From assembly GCF_009914755.1 (NCBI RefSeq), contig NC_060948.1: a stretch of 64,000 bases of DNA. One strand, written 5' to 3'. This document shows, in pieces, positions 13,535 to 27,275 of this stretch. How positions within the stretch are numbered: the first letter of the stretch is position 1; every line of letters begins with the position of its first letter. The DNA is from the human T2T-CHM13v2.0 reference genome, Homo sapiens. Below the pieces are notes generated by a model that was not told where the DNA came from, made no database searches, and saw nothing but the letters and a program-made list of their open reading frames with translations. A program made the position numbers and the translations under genes.

Positions 13535-13880
13535 TTAGAATGTCCAGCTAACAGAGCAAGGTGCTGATGTTTTGGAAACAATGGCTGAGCATATGCTTAT
13601 GTGCATATATATAATATATATATACACATATGTATGTAAGAATATAATGTAAGTAACATCATATATAGTATATAATATATACTATATATAGATAATATAT
13701 AATCTATAATGTATATTATATATTTTATAGATAACATATAATATACAATATATTATATATGTATGATGTTACTTAAGTTACTTATACACAACCACCCTTG
13801 AAGGATATATTATCCTCCATATGTATATATTTATATATATATAGTGTTTAATTAAATGCCTAGCACATGCTTATCAGCAT
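13340..13880. repeat. MIR remnant interrupted by (TA)n and an inverted duplication
   Basis: TGTGTGACCTTGG core; (TA)n 13478-13531; inverted arms 13431-13475 and 13777-13818. Confidence 0.7.
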
Positions 13881-14303
13881 CGTTAACTGAAGCTATGACT
13901 ACTACTATTAGCATTCCTATTAATATTATTGTTTTAAGCCTGCAGATAGCTCTTATCTAACCCTTTAGCTGATTTGGCATTATAATGTATAGTATCAGAC
14001 TAGGGAAGAAATGAATAATTTTTCACTTAAATTTGCCTACTGTAGATAGGTGGCCTGAGCACAGTTTCTTGCCCATCAAAGGACTTTAAGTTAGCAACTT
14101 TATGTCATACCATAGTGGGACAAGAGGCTTCCTTTTTGTTCCTTGCTTTTAACCTTTATGGTAACTTGCAAAGATAAACCCTTGGGCACCCAAGATGCTT
14201 GTTTCTTAGTACACGTAATTGGGTTAATTCTACATGGACAGACAACATATTAAGTTGATAAAGTATATAAACTTAGCTTTTAAAATGTCATTAAAGTTTT
14301 TAA

Positions 14304-14462
<159 letters not shown>

Positions 14463-15739
14463 TAAGTCTTTACATAAAAAGGCTAGTGAACACTAAATTG
14501 AAGTTTAAAATAATTGTAACAATTGCATCTTATATATCAGGTGCGATTTCATAGTTTGGTTCAAGTAGTTTTCAAGTGACAAATTTTCAAGTTTTTAACT
14601 TTTCGAGAGTTGTGCAACTTCGTCAGCCAGAAATCAAGCAAAAGGCTAGATTAGTAGCAGCGGGTGCAGGATTCTTGATATTGAAACTTTTAGGACTTTT
14701 CTCCTTAGGGATTCCAATGTTGTACATTTTATTTCCAGTATAACCCCTATGCATAGGATAAAGTAGTTTCACATCTTTGATTTTTCTAATTGGTTATTTG
14801 GGTCTCAAAATGTGCAGTTTATCAAAAAATCTTGTGCTGTGTACTGGGGACCATCTACTATAGCCTGATCATTGAATTTTTCAAGAACCTAAGAGGTTCC
14901 CTAAGTACAAGGAAGACAATCAGTGTCTACAAGTCAGAAGGAGAAGGGGAAAGGGCATTCTAATCATTGCTTTGTTTTCATTGATTCTGTTGCTGCTTTT
15001 TCCATTGAAAGTACTCTTGCAGTCTGGTAATGATTAACCTTTGTCACCAGGATGCCCTTTCTGTTTGAGATCCCTCAGTCTTCATGTTGATCCATAAAAA
15101 GGCTTCAAAGTTACAATTTTTTTTTTTTTAGTTCACTTGCACATACTTATATGCTCAGCCATTGTTTCCAAAACAGCAGAACCTTGCTCTGTTAGCTGGA
15201 TATTCTAACTTTATCAACATACATACTGAGCAAATTGACACTTTCACCCACACTCAAAACCTGATGTAAAGCCCACATTTTAACCTGGGCTTCTAGACTT
15301 CATGGTGAGTTATTTTTTGAGTCCCTTTTTTTTCTCTTCAAATATTAGTTGGTATAGTTCTAAACTGTCAGAGATATTCAAATAATGTTGTAGAAAGAGA
15401 TCACAGTTTTTTTCTTTATTGCTACCAGATCTGTACCCTGAGACTTTTTAAATAAACAGTGTAAGAAATTTTCTCAGCTAGTGAAAACTTCTATGCCATC
15501 CTTCCTTATAGTAGGAGGCATCGACTTGTGGTTGGCCCCTCAAGTGATCTGTTTTCTGTAATAATGAAGATCTCCCAAGCTGCTTGCATCACTGTCTCAA
15601 GTTTGTAAAATATTTTCAGATTCTACCTTAGAGGAAGCCATTCATCAGAATTATCTAAGTCTCAAGTTGGTTAGTTAGATTTAACAGAGCTAATCCTCAT
15701 CCATGACTTATCAGCATTTATATGTAAAAGTAAGGCTTT

Positions 15740-15816
15740 GTACTTGCTTTGGCAGCACAAATACTAAAATTGGAACAATACGGAGAAAATTAGCTTTGTT
15801 AAGCACTTCATATTTT
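15740..15816 (+). pseudogene. RNU6: U6 snRNA pseudogene with internal deletion
   Basis: GTACTTGCTTTGGCAGCACAAATACTAAAATTGGAACAATACGGAGAAAATTAGC (U6 nt 1-55) joined to TTTGTTAAGCACTTCATATTTT (U6 3' end-like). Confidence 0.88.
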
Positions 15817-16910
15817 GCAGTCAGGGGAAGGTCATTTGACTGTTTGCTGGCTAGCTAAGTCACAGTTTGAACAGAAACAAAATGGGTGGCCCCTTATATT
15901 TGAATTGTGATTTTTCACTACAAAAACATTTGTGTAAGGTGATCTATAAACTGAGAATGGAGATAAGTAACACATAGGGTGTTGTGTAAATATTTTGTTA
16001 GTATGTATCTTGGAAATGAGAAAATGTCAACTTTCATCTACTTCATAGAACTTAAAAAAAATGAAAGTAGGGTTTTGTCTTCCATGTCAGTTGGAGATAA
16101 CATCACTGATGGAGATTAACCATCATTCTAGCAAACATCTGCTGGTTCAGTTAGAGTCTGTAGAGAAGTAATAGTGGTAGCCCAGGCAAGATCTTGACAT
16201 CTGTTAGTTTTCTGCCCTTGGAATTGATGAGCTCAATAATAGTGAACAATCATCTTACCTATTTTACTGAAATAATGTATTCATAAATTTATTTGTGAAT
16301 TATGAAATATTTGAGATGCGCTGAATTATAAGCCACAAATAATAGAACAATAAGCAAAATTAGGACTTAACATTTTTCTTAAACTGAAGCATTTGAATAT
16401 TAGAACCTATGAAAAAATACACATTGGGTTTGATTTGGGATTTCAAAATAGTTTCAGCAATAAAGTTCAAGAACAAATTCCACTGCTTTACTATTTCTCT
16501 GTGAATGTTAAAAATGCTACTTCATTAAACCTATATAACAACCTAGTGAAAGAAGATAGTAAAATCTAGAAGAAGACATTGTGCCTAAGAGAAGCAACTT
16601 GTTTAAGAGGAAATACCTTTTGGCTATAGAGCCAGGACCTTCCAGTAAGAGCCAGGAAGGTGACTTTCCATTATGTCAAGCTGATGTGAGACAGTTTGCT
16701 GGGCTATACTGCCTTCACTTCATGAGTACTTCACCTGTTTTTATTATTTAATTAGAAAGGTACTAAGAAGTTTATAGAGCTTACAGAAGAGAAGTGTATA
16801 GGATAATTAACATCCTGATATTGTTCAAGATACTCTAATAGTTCAGTATGTTTGGTAAATGTTTCTGATAATAGTATTAAAATATTAATTTCATTTATTT
16901 TTATACATAG

Positions 16911-16978
16911 CATTTTCAAACTAATTTCTGAATACAAAAGAAAGAAATATGAAGAGCTTTCTATAAATGGCAATCCAG
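16911..16978 (+). pseudogene. ANKRD36: ANKRD36-like exon 6 (68 bp)
   Basis: IFKLISEYKRKKYEELSINGNP; TAG/GTAAGA. Confidence 0.93.
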
Positions 16979-19349
16979 GTAAGATTTCTGATAGTGAATT
17001 ACTCTTGATGGTACTACCATAGATAAAAAAGAATAAAGATGTTTTGATTACAAAAAAGCAGTTTAAAAAAATCAGTTTAAATTGCACACATTTAAAAAAT
17101 ACTTAGTAGTCTAGATTTTATAATTATTTAAAAAGTTAATTGTAGGTAGTTTATAATCTCAGTGTTGTTTGAAAAAAATTATTATTTAATTATGGTTCCT
17201 AATATTCTAAATGATCTTTTTGTGTAAATAAGAAAACAAATTTTTGTTACTACATTGCATGTTTTTTTATAGTCACATAATAATGAATTAGACTTTTTAT
17301 ATAATTAGAACTTCTATTTAATTTGTAAAATAAATTCTTTGCAATTACTAAATGAATCAATAATTACAGTTGGCCCTTGAACAACATGGGATTTAGTGCT
17401 GCCAATGCCCATGCTGATGAAAATACATATTTGGTATGTTATATATATTATATATTGTATTCTGAGTACAAGAAAGTAAGCTAGAGAAAGGAAGCTTTTG
17501 CAATAGTTAAAGCTGTAGTTTCCTTGTAGTTCGATGCTTGAACTACTATCAATCTAGTGTAAGGTGTTCACCCATCCATGGTAAAATAAAGTAAATTTTC
17601 TCCATTTACTCATTTTAAAATGTTGGTCTTTTTCTTGCCCTTATGCCTTCTTCATTTGTTTTACTTAATTTTTTATTTGTAAAAAAACAGTAATAGTTGG
17701 TAGGGACTTTTTTTCCTGTGAAAACCATCAATGAAGAGGCCATGTTGATCTAGGAAATATAAACATATTTATTTGGTAGCAGTAGAAATATAAAGCATAA
17801 GCAGAAAAGAGGTACAGTTAATATGATTTAGTGAACATTGAATGTAAAACATTAGTGGGGAGAGAGAAATCTTGGATCATTCATAGGTTTCCAGGTTGTG
17901 TACTGGCCTTTATACTGCACAGGAGAAAGGAGTAGGATGTGTTCACTGAATGGAAAAGTACAGCTGGTCAACAGGGAAGAGTAACTTCCCTTACCTCCAC
18001 CTCTGAGGTTGGAGATGCAGAAGTAGAATGATGTTGTTATAATTTTTAGGCAAAATCATCGATCTCAACTGTCCATGATGCAGATGTAGAATGAGAAGGC
18101 ATCCAGTGACAAAACCCTGGGAATGTCAACATTCCCTCCCGCCCCCAGAAAAAAAAGAGTTGGTAAAGGAGAATGAGCAGTGGCTAGAGAAAAGTAGGAG
18201 AGGAGTCAAAGGAAGTGATGTGGCAAAAATAAAAAATATGAGAATTTTAAGGAGGGTGTATCAATTCTAACAAGTAAGATTACTAAAAAGCCAATTAGAT
18301 TTAATTTTTAAAAGCTCTTTGGCGGTACCGTTTTCAAAAGAACCATTTTTGAGGTGTAATGTGGGCTGTTGATGTGATTGGTATGTCTGGTGTCCAAATA
18401 TGGAGGAACAAATCTACCAAGATCCTACGTAACTCTTTTGTAACTGCAGAAGCTATGTGGACAGGGTCAGGGAAAATGGTCTTGACTTCTGAGTACATGT
18501 GCCCACACTTTTACAGAATTGTCAAAACCTAAGTGTAATGTGTGAGAAAAACTGTGGTCTTCTTATCTGCTCCTTGTGGAAATACTTAGTTTGTACTGAA
18601 ATCCCTGATAAGTTCTTCTGGATGCATTCTGTAACAAAAGTCTGGCAGCAGTAACTGGAACCAGCTTGTCCAAAGCACATACATCCCAACTCCCTCCAAC
18701 ATGGAATCATAACACAGCTACATTTTGAGAGTTTCAAGTTTCAATTGGAAGTAGTCTACAGACGAGCAGTTTGGAGAAGCTGACATCTTTTATATTATGT
18801 TATGGATGTATGATATTATGTTATGGATAGGTGATATGCTAAGTATTCCAAGTCTCTGTGTTCTGGGACACTTTGTTTTAGTGCAATTCCCTTTTCATGA
18901 CCTCTTCTAATATCTCTGCTTTTACTGTTTTCTTTTGAATTTAATCCCTAAAGAAAATATTAGAACACATTTCTAACATAGGTATTTTTGACAACTATAT
19001 ATGATTTTCTTTTAAGAGAATTAGCTACCTATTCTAACTTATATCTGGTATTCTATTAATCTTTAATGCTAAACTTCTTTATATCTTCAGCACAATGACA
19101 GTGTAAGTGATGCTGATCCTTTAAGATTTTAAGTTTCTTTTAAATTTTCAAACTTTAAATGTCTTTTAAATTTTCAAATTAAGTTAAGACACTTAAGGTG
19201 TCTTTTAAATTTTCAAACTTGACATAGTTTTAATGTAAAACACTTTTCTGGTATTACATTTCTTCAAATATTGGTAATCTGTTACTTAGCTGGAATATTT
19301 GGTCGGTTGGATTACCACACCTTTAACCATCTATATATAACTTTCTTGA

Positions 19350-19653
19350 TTTTTTTTTTTTTTGAGATTGAGTCTTTTGCTGTTTCCCAGGCTGGAGTGC
19401 AATAGTGTGATCATAGCTCACTGCAGCCTCAAACTTCTGGGTTCAAGTGGTCCTCTTACTTCAGCCTCCTAAGTCGCTTAGACTGCTACGAGCCTATGCC
19501 ACCATACCAAGCTAACTTTTTTATTTTTTATTTTTTAGAGACAAGGGTCTCTCTCTGTTGCTCAGGCCAGTCTCAAACTTTTGGCTTCAAGTGATCCTTC
19601 TGCCTTAGCCTCCCAAAGTGCTGGAATTATAGTCATGAGCCATCATGCTGGTC
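19350..19653 (-). mobile_element. AluJ
   Basis: Diverged antisense Alu. Confidence 0.85.
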
Positions 19654-19898
19654 CATAACTTACTTTATTCCCCAAAATGAGTTTAAAGTACTATTGGCCC
19701 TTAATAATAAAAACCCGCTGTTTGGAAGGAGAAGTGGATAACTCATCCTACTTTTTAAATGCAGTTTTTGACTTTTTGACCTGTTCTGTGAAGAACTGCC
19801 TTTAAAAGATGATTTTTAGTTTTAATAGATATTTTTGGTTTTATAAGAACTTAAGAAAAAAGATTAGAAACAAATTAAATGAGCTCTATGATCGATAG

Positions 19899-20463
<565 letters not shown>

Positions 20464-20801
20464 TAATCCCCAATTATTATAAAAGAAACCTTGGTGAGTT
20501 GAAGACAATTGGCTGTGATCTTTTTGTTTCTCTTTTAGAAGCTTTCATACTATGGGGTATATTTTTAATCATCCATATTCTCAATTTTTTATTCTGGTTA
20601 AAATAGGATTGCTGCTTGTTTTTCATTTTTTTGGCATAATTATTTCTATTCCTTTATGGATTTACTCATGCGGAAATACAGGAATCTCAAAGGCAACTGT
20701 TAAGGAAAACAGATTAGGGAAAGGTATTCTATAAACAGCCTTCTGATTGTAGTCACAGGTCACATCACCTTAAAGAAAACTAATTTCATATAATGCCATT
20801 A

Positions 20802-21340
20802 TGTCAGAGTTTCCCAAGACCACCTCTGTTTGGTGATTCACTTGTAAGGGCTCAGCAAACAGTCCTACTCTGGGCTTTGATTTGTTACAGTGAAAGAATA
20901 CAAAGTAAAATTGGCTCAGGGCAAAGGGGCATGTGGCAAGTCTTGGAGAAGCCAGGCACAAGCTTCCAGGAGCCCTCTCCTGTGGAGTTACCAGGATGTG
21001 CTGAATTCCTGTAGCTTTGAATTTTGACAGCACATGGGCAGTATTGTCTACCAATATGAGTCTGACTAGACAGTATCCAAGATTTTTATGGAAGCTAGTT
21101 ACATAGGCATTCTATCTCACACATATACAAAAATTCCACACTTCCAGAAGAAAAGCAGCTGTTCAGAGTCAACCACATTGTTTATGCAAACAGTTTAGGT
21201 ACAGTGAGGTACTTTTCTCAGAAAATGGTGACAAACCTTTAAAATGCAAATTTCCAAACACCAGCAAAGGGCCAGTTTTGCATGTAGGCCTTTCTAAGAA
21301 TGACAGTCTTATGACTGTTATATGAATTATTTTCTTCACA
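20802..21340 (-). mobile_element. Solo LTR, MER68/MER77-like (ERVL)
   Basis: TG..CA ends; minus strand begins TGTGAAGAAAATAATTCATATAACAG..CTTAGAAAGGCCT and ends CTTGGGAAACTCTGACA. Confidence 0.7.
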
Positions 21341-21911
21341 GCAGTTACAGCCCCAACTTAATTTTAGTGTCTTAAAAATTCTATTTAATAATGAATAACA
21401 TGGTGATATAATATAGCATGGTGCTTATTTCATTTGTGTCAGTTGCAACTTAATATGAAATATTAAGTTTCTGTGCTGTAAGGTTTTGGAATTTTGGTGA
21501 ATATTTAACAGGTTTCTATACAGAAGTTACTATGGTAATATTAGGTAATTATAATCTGTTCTTATTCGATTAACCTTTCAGTAAAATGGTTAGATAAAAT
21601 AAGTAATGATTTCTGATTTAAAATTAAAATAAAAAATTTGTTTCATTTTAATTATGTAGATGGTTCAGTTTTGTTTTATATTTTATTAAATTTCTGTTTA
21701 TAATTATGAAATTTAAAAAATCAATCATTTATCAGTTATTTTCTTGCCTGTTAATACAGTTATTTGCTTTATATACTTTTATATACTATAATTCTGGAGA
21801 GAATATTCATATTGTGTTTCAAATTGAGTACATCTTGCTATAATATATGGCAATATATTGTAGTAATATATTAGCAATAGAAGATTCAGTGAAAATCTTT
21901 TAAAAAAGTTA

Positions 21912-22330
21912 ATAACTTTATTTTAAGAGCAGTTTTATATTCTCAGCAATATTGAAAAGAACCTAAAGAGATTTTTCAAGTATGCCATCCCCCCTCACAT
22001 GCATAGCTCCCCCTATTATCAATATCTCCCACCTGAGTGGTACATTTGTTACAACTGGGAAGCTTACATTGCTGGATCATAATAATCACCCAAAGCCTAT
22101 AGTTTATATCTAAGTTCCCTCTTGGTATTGTACCTCCTATATAGTTGGACAAATGTATAATAAATGTACCTGCCGTTAGAATACTTTTGTTGTCCTGAAA
22201 TTCATCTCTCTTTTTTTTATTCCTCCCTCCCAACTAACCCCTGTCAACTACTAATATTTTTTCTGTCTCCATAGTTTTGATATGTCCAGCATAGTCATAT
22301 ATTAAGGATAATATAGTGGATATCTTTTTC
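21912..22330 (-). mobile_element. Old L1 3' end (L1MC-like)
   Basis: AGTGGTACATTTGTTACAA and CCCCTATTATCAATATC motifs. Confidence 0.65.
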
Positions 22331-23369
22331 AATATTACAAAACATAAATTTCCAAGATAATTGAATGTATTCAATTAAGGTATCCATTGTGCTTTTTGCT
22401 TTTAGTTTATTAATGTAGGATTTAATGGCTTATGGTTTACGTGTTGAAAAAGCATAATTTATATAGACATTTGCCACATAATGGGGAGGGTTGAGGAAAA
22501 TGACTTCATGCTGTGTACTACACAGCACTAACTGGATCATCCTTCTCTGTGAGATGGGTCCAGATATACTAGAAGTGGAAAGAGACAATCTCAAGAGGCT
22601 GTACTTTATAAAACTAGAGTCAGAAAGTCTTTCCTATTTACCTTGCAGTTGGAAATAAGACCAGCTAGTGAATACTATAGGCATACAAATATGTTTCTTA
22701 TTGACCTTCTTTTTTTGAGGGATCAGTATGAAAACAGTCTATATTATTATAACATGGGTTCTCCATCATGAAAAATGCCGAGAGTCATACTATTTTTGTT
22801 TACCTAAAGTGACAAAGATTTGTTGTTGTTGTTTTTCCCACTAGGTAGTGGGACAACTGTTGGCACATCTTGGTAGCTCCAGTGAGTTTATGGTTCCTTT
22901 ATATGTATTTTATATATTAGAAAGTCCTCCCTGGCAACTTGCCATACCTCCCCAGTGTTTCTTTATAAGCTTCTCTCTGACAAGGAGACAAGACTCAGAT
23001 TGGATAAGCTTTTAAGGGAGTGCTATTTCCTCTGTGTGTTTTTTTTGAAGGAGCTAAAGTGAAAGCTGAATTTAAGCATTGTTTGTGCCCTACATAGGGT
23101 GAATGAATAGCTAGAACTGAGCAAACTTACCAGAATCTTCCCTAGGAGAGGATTAGTGAAGAGTAAGGACGCTGATCTCTCTTAGGCTCTTCTGCACTGG
23201 CAGCTGAAAAGTCTTTGCAGGGATCCTTGACCCTGGTCTGTATGCTGTGTTTTGCCATAGAATAAGTACAGTTTTCATAGACCTAGAGTTTTTGTATTAG
23301 AGTGCTTTATCCTGAATAGTTTAAACCGAAGAGGTGGAGAAACTGTTGTGTTTCAACAAAATAAGTAAA

Positions 23370-24015
23370 GTAATTTCCTCTTATCCGTGGGGGTACATTT
23401 CAAGACCCTTAGTGAATGCCTGAAAACATGAATAGTGCTGAACTCTATGTGTACAAAAATTTCTAAAAATACATATATATCTATAATGAAAATTAATACA
23501 TAAATTAGGCACAATAAGAGATTAATAATATCTAATGATAAAGTAGATCAATTGTAACAATATACTGTAATAAAATTTATGTGAATATGAGCTCACAAAA
23601 TATCATGTACTGTAGTCACCCTACTTTCTGCACTGATGTGAGATGAAAAAATGGCTATGTGATAAGCGAGGCAAATGCAGTAGGCATTGCCATGTAGTCT
23701 TAGGCTACTATTGACCTTCTATTTGACTATATGTCAGAAAGAAGATCATCTGCTTCACATGATCTTGGATCCATGAGCCATGATGATATTCTTGGTTGGA
23801 TGTTAGGTACAGATTATGTCAATGACTAGTGAGCAGATATCATATGTAATGTGTATGCACTTGACAAAGGGGCGATTCACATCTTGGGCAGACTGGGATG
23901 TAATGGCTCAAATTTTGTTATACTACCCAGAATCTTACACAGTTTAAACCTTAGATGTTTATACATCTGGAATTTTATTTATGGACCATGGTTGACCATG
24001 GGTAACTGAATCTGC
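23370..24015. mobile_element. MER44/Tigger7-like DNA transposon
   Basis: CTTATCCGTGGGGGTACATTTCAAGACCC..GGACCATGGTTGACCATGGGTAACTGAA. Confidence 0.7.
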
Positions 24016-24033
24016 CATCAATAAAACCACCAA

Positions 24034-24868
24034 TGTCATATTATGAAATATATATTTGGTCTTCAACCCCATTTTCTGTCATACAACTCCTAAAATCCTC
24101 AGAACTTCCAACATGATATCATTTGTGTGCTCATGATTGACTTACGGCAGGCAGACTCCAGATGGCTTCAGGGTGGGGCTCATCATAAGAGTGATCAGGA
24201 TGTGATTAGAGGGTTGGGACTTCCAGCCCCACCCCTCACCTCCTGGGATGTGAGAGGGGCTGAATGTTCAATTAATCAGTCATGCCTATGTAATGAAGCT
24301 TTCACAAAATCCCAAAAGGATTGGATTTGGAGAGCATCCAGGTAGCTGTATTCAGCTACCTGGATGCTCTCCAATACATGAAGGCATATGGAGAAAACAT
24401 GGATGTTCCCAGAGGTTGACTGCCCTGGGAGGACATGGAAGCATGTTACTTTCCCCCCATATCTTGCACTATGCATCTCTTTATCTGTATCCTTTAATAT
24501 TCTTTATAAGAAACTGGTAAATGTGTTTCCATGAGTTCTCTGAGCCACTCTAGTAAATTAATAAAACCAAAGAGGGGGTCCTGGGAAACCCAACTTGAAG
24601 TCCAACTAGAAGTTGATTAGAAGTTCTGGAGGCCCAGACTTGTAACTGCTGTAGGGGAATAGCCTTGTGGTACTGAGCCCTCAACCTGTGGGGTCTGACA
24701 CAATCCCCAATTAGATAGTGTCAGAATTAGAGGGCACCCATCGGAATTGACTGTTTGCTTGTTGCTGGGGAATAATACATATTTGGTCACAGAAATCTTC
24801 TGTGTTGATAATTGTTGTTGTGGTGTGAGAGAAGAGGAACATCATGTTGAATATGTGTTTTCTACACA
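24034..24868 (+). mobile_element. MER21-like solo LTR containing a perfect 22-bp hairpin
   Basis: TGTCAT..TATTTGGTCTTC; TGATTAGAGGGTTGGGACTTCCAGCCC; TGAGTTCTCTGAGCCACTCTAG. Confidence 0.75.
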
Positions 24869-25203
24869 TACAGCAGATAAGGGGGACTAATGTTCTAGCT
24901 GCACCTGGTTCATTTGTCCAGAAGTCATGTTCTTTGACAATGCCTGCTCATTATATTGATTCTACTAATGATGCCATTTTCTGTCAGTCTGATATGGTTC
25001 TGTTAGAATTATGACTATTTTATACTGCAATTCACATGTAAGGTAACAAATTTTGATAATATATTCTTCTTTGCATTTGATAAGTATATGCTAAGCACAT
25101 AAGAAAGGAAATAAGGGTTCTTAATTCATTAGTTACCTACAAATGGTATAAATAATAATTTTAGTATATCCTCCAAGTATGTTTCTAAAGAACTGCTTTG
25201 TAA

Positions 25204-25716
<513 letters not shown>

Positions 25717-25728
25717 ACATACACACAT

Positions 25729-25767
<39 letters not shown>

Positions 25768-25770
25768 CAA

Positions 25771-27275
25771 GTATATGCCCAGTAATGGGATTACTGGCTC
25801 AAATGGTATTTCCGGTTCTAGATCCTTGAGGAATCACCACACTGTCTTCCACAATGGTTGAACTAATGGCACTCCCAACAACAGTGTAAAAGCATTGCTA
25901 TTTCTCCACATCTGCTCCAGCATCTGTTGTTTCCTGACCTTTTAACGATTGCCATTCTAAATGGCGTGAGATGGTATCTCATTGTGGTTTTGATTTGCAT
26001 TTCTTTGATGATCAGTGATGACGAGCTTTTTTTCAGATGTTTGTTGGCTGCATAAATGTATTCTTTTGAGAAGTGTCTGTTCATATCTTTTGCCCACTTT
26101 TTGATGAGACTGTTTGTTCTTTTCTTGTAAATTTGTTTAAGTTCCTTGTAGATTCTAGATATTAGGCCTTTGTCAGATGGACAGACTGCAAACATTTCCT
26201 CCCATTCTGTAGGTTGCCTGTTCACTCTGATCACAGTATTGGAAGTTCTGGCCAGGGTAATCAGGGAAGAGAAAGAAATACACGGTATTCAAATAGGAAG
26301 AAAGGAAGTCAAATTGTCTTTGTTTGCAGATGACATGATTTTATATTTAGAAAACCAAATTATCTCAGCCCCAAATCTCCTTCAGCTGATAAGCAACTTC
26401 CTCATAGTCTCAGGATACAAAGTCAATGTGCAAAATTCACAAGCATTCCTATACACCAGTAATAGAGCACTAAATCATGAGTGAACTCCCATACCCAATT
26501 GCTACAAAGAGAATAAAATAGCAAGGAATACAACTCACAATGGATTTGAAGGACTTCTTTAAGGAGAACTACAAACCACCACTCAAGGAAATCAGAGGAC
26601 ACAAACAAATGGAAAAACATTCCATGCTCATGGATAGGAAGAATCAATATCTTGAAAATGGCCATACTGCCCAAAGTAATTTGTAGGTTCAATGCTATAC
26701 CCATCAAGCTACCATTGACTTTCTTCACAGAATTAGAAAAAACTACTTTAAATTTCATATGGAACCAAAAAAAGAGCCCATATAGCCAAGACAATCCTAA
26801 GCAAAAGGAACAAAGCTGGAGGCATCATGCTACCTGACTTCAAACTATACTACAAGCCTACAGTAATGAAAACAGCATGGTACTGGTACCAAAAGAGATA
26901 TATAGACGAATGGAACAGAACAGAGGCCTCAGAAATAATGCCATACATCTACACCATCTTATCTTTGACAAACCTGACAAAAGCAATGGGGAAAGGATTC
27001 CCTATTTAATAAATGGTGTTGGGAAAACTGGCTAACCTTACGCAGGAAACTGAAACTGGACCCCTTCATTACACTTTATACAAAAATTAACTCAAGATGC
27101 ATTAAAGACTTAAAAGTAAGTTCTAAATATATAAAAACCCTGGATGAAAACCTAGGCAGTACCATTCAGGACATAGGCATGGGCAAATACTTCAAGACTA
27201 AAACACCAAAAGCAATGGCAACAAAAGCCAAAATTGACAAATGGGATCTAATTAAACTAAAGAACTTGTGTGCAG
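25771..27275 (-). mobile_element. L1PA with 5' inversion (twin priming), 3' end deleted
   Basis: 25771-26231 antisense ORF2 C-terminus; 26232-27275 sense ORF2; the two segments are nearly contiguous in L1 coordinates. Confidence 0.9.

Noticed and set aside
20682-20723. Possible 42-bp relic exon (CAG|GAATCTC..AAAG|GTATT)
   Set aside because: Weak polypyrimidine tract and no peptide I can match to the family
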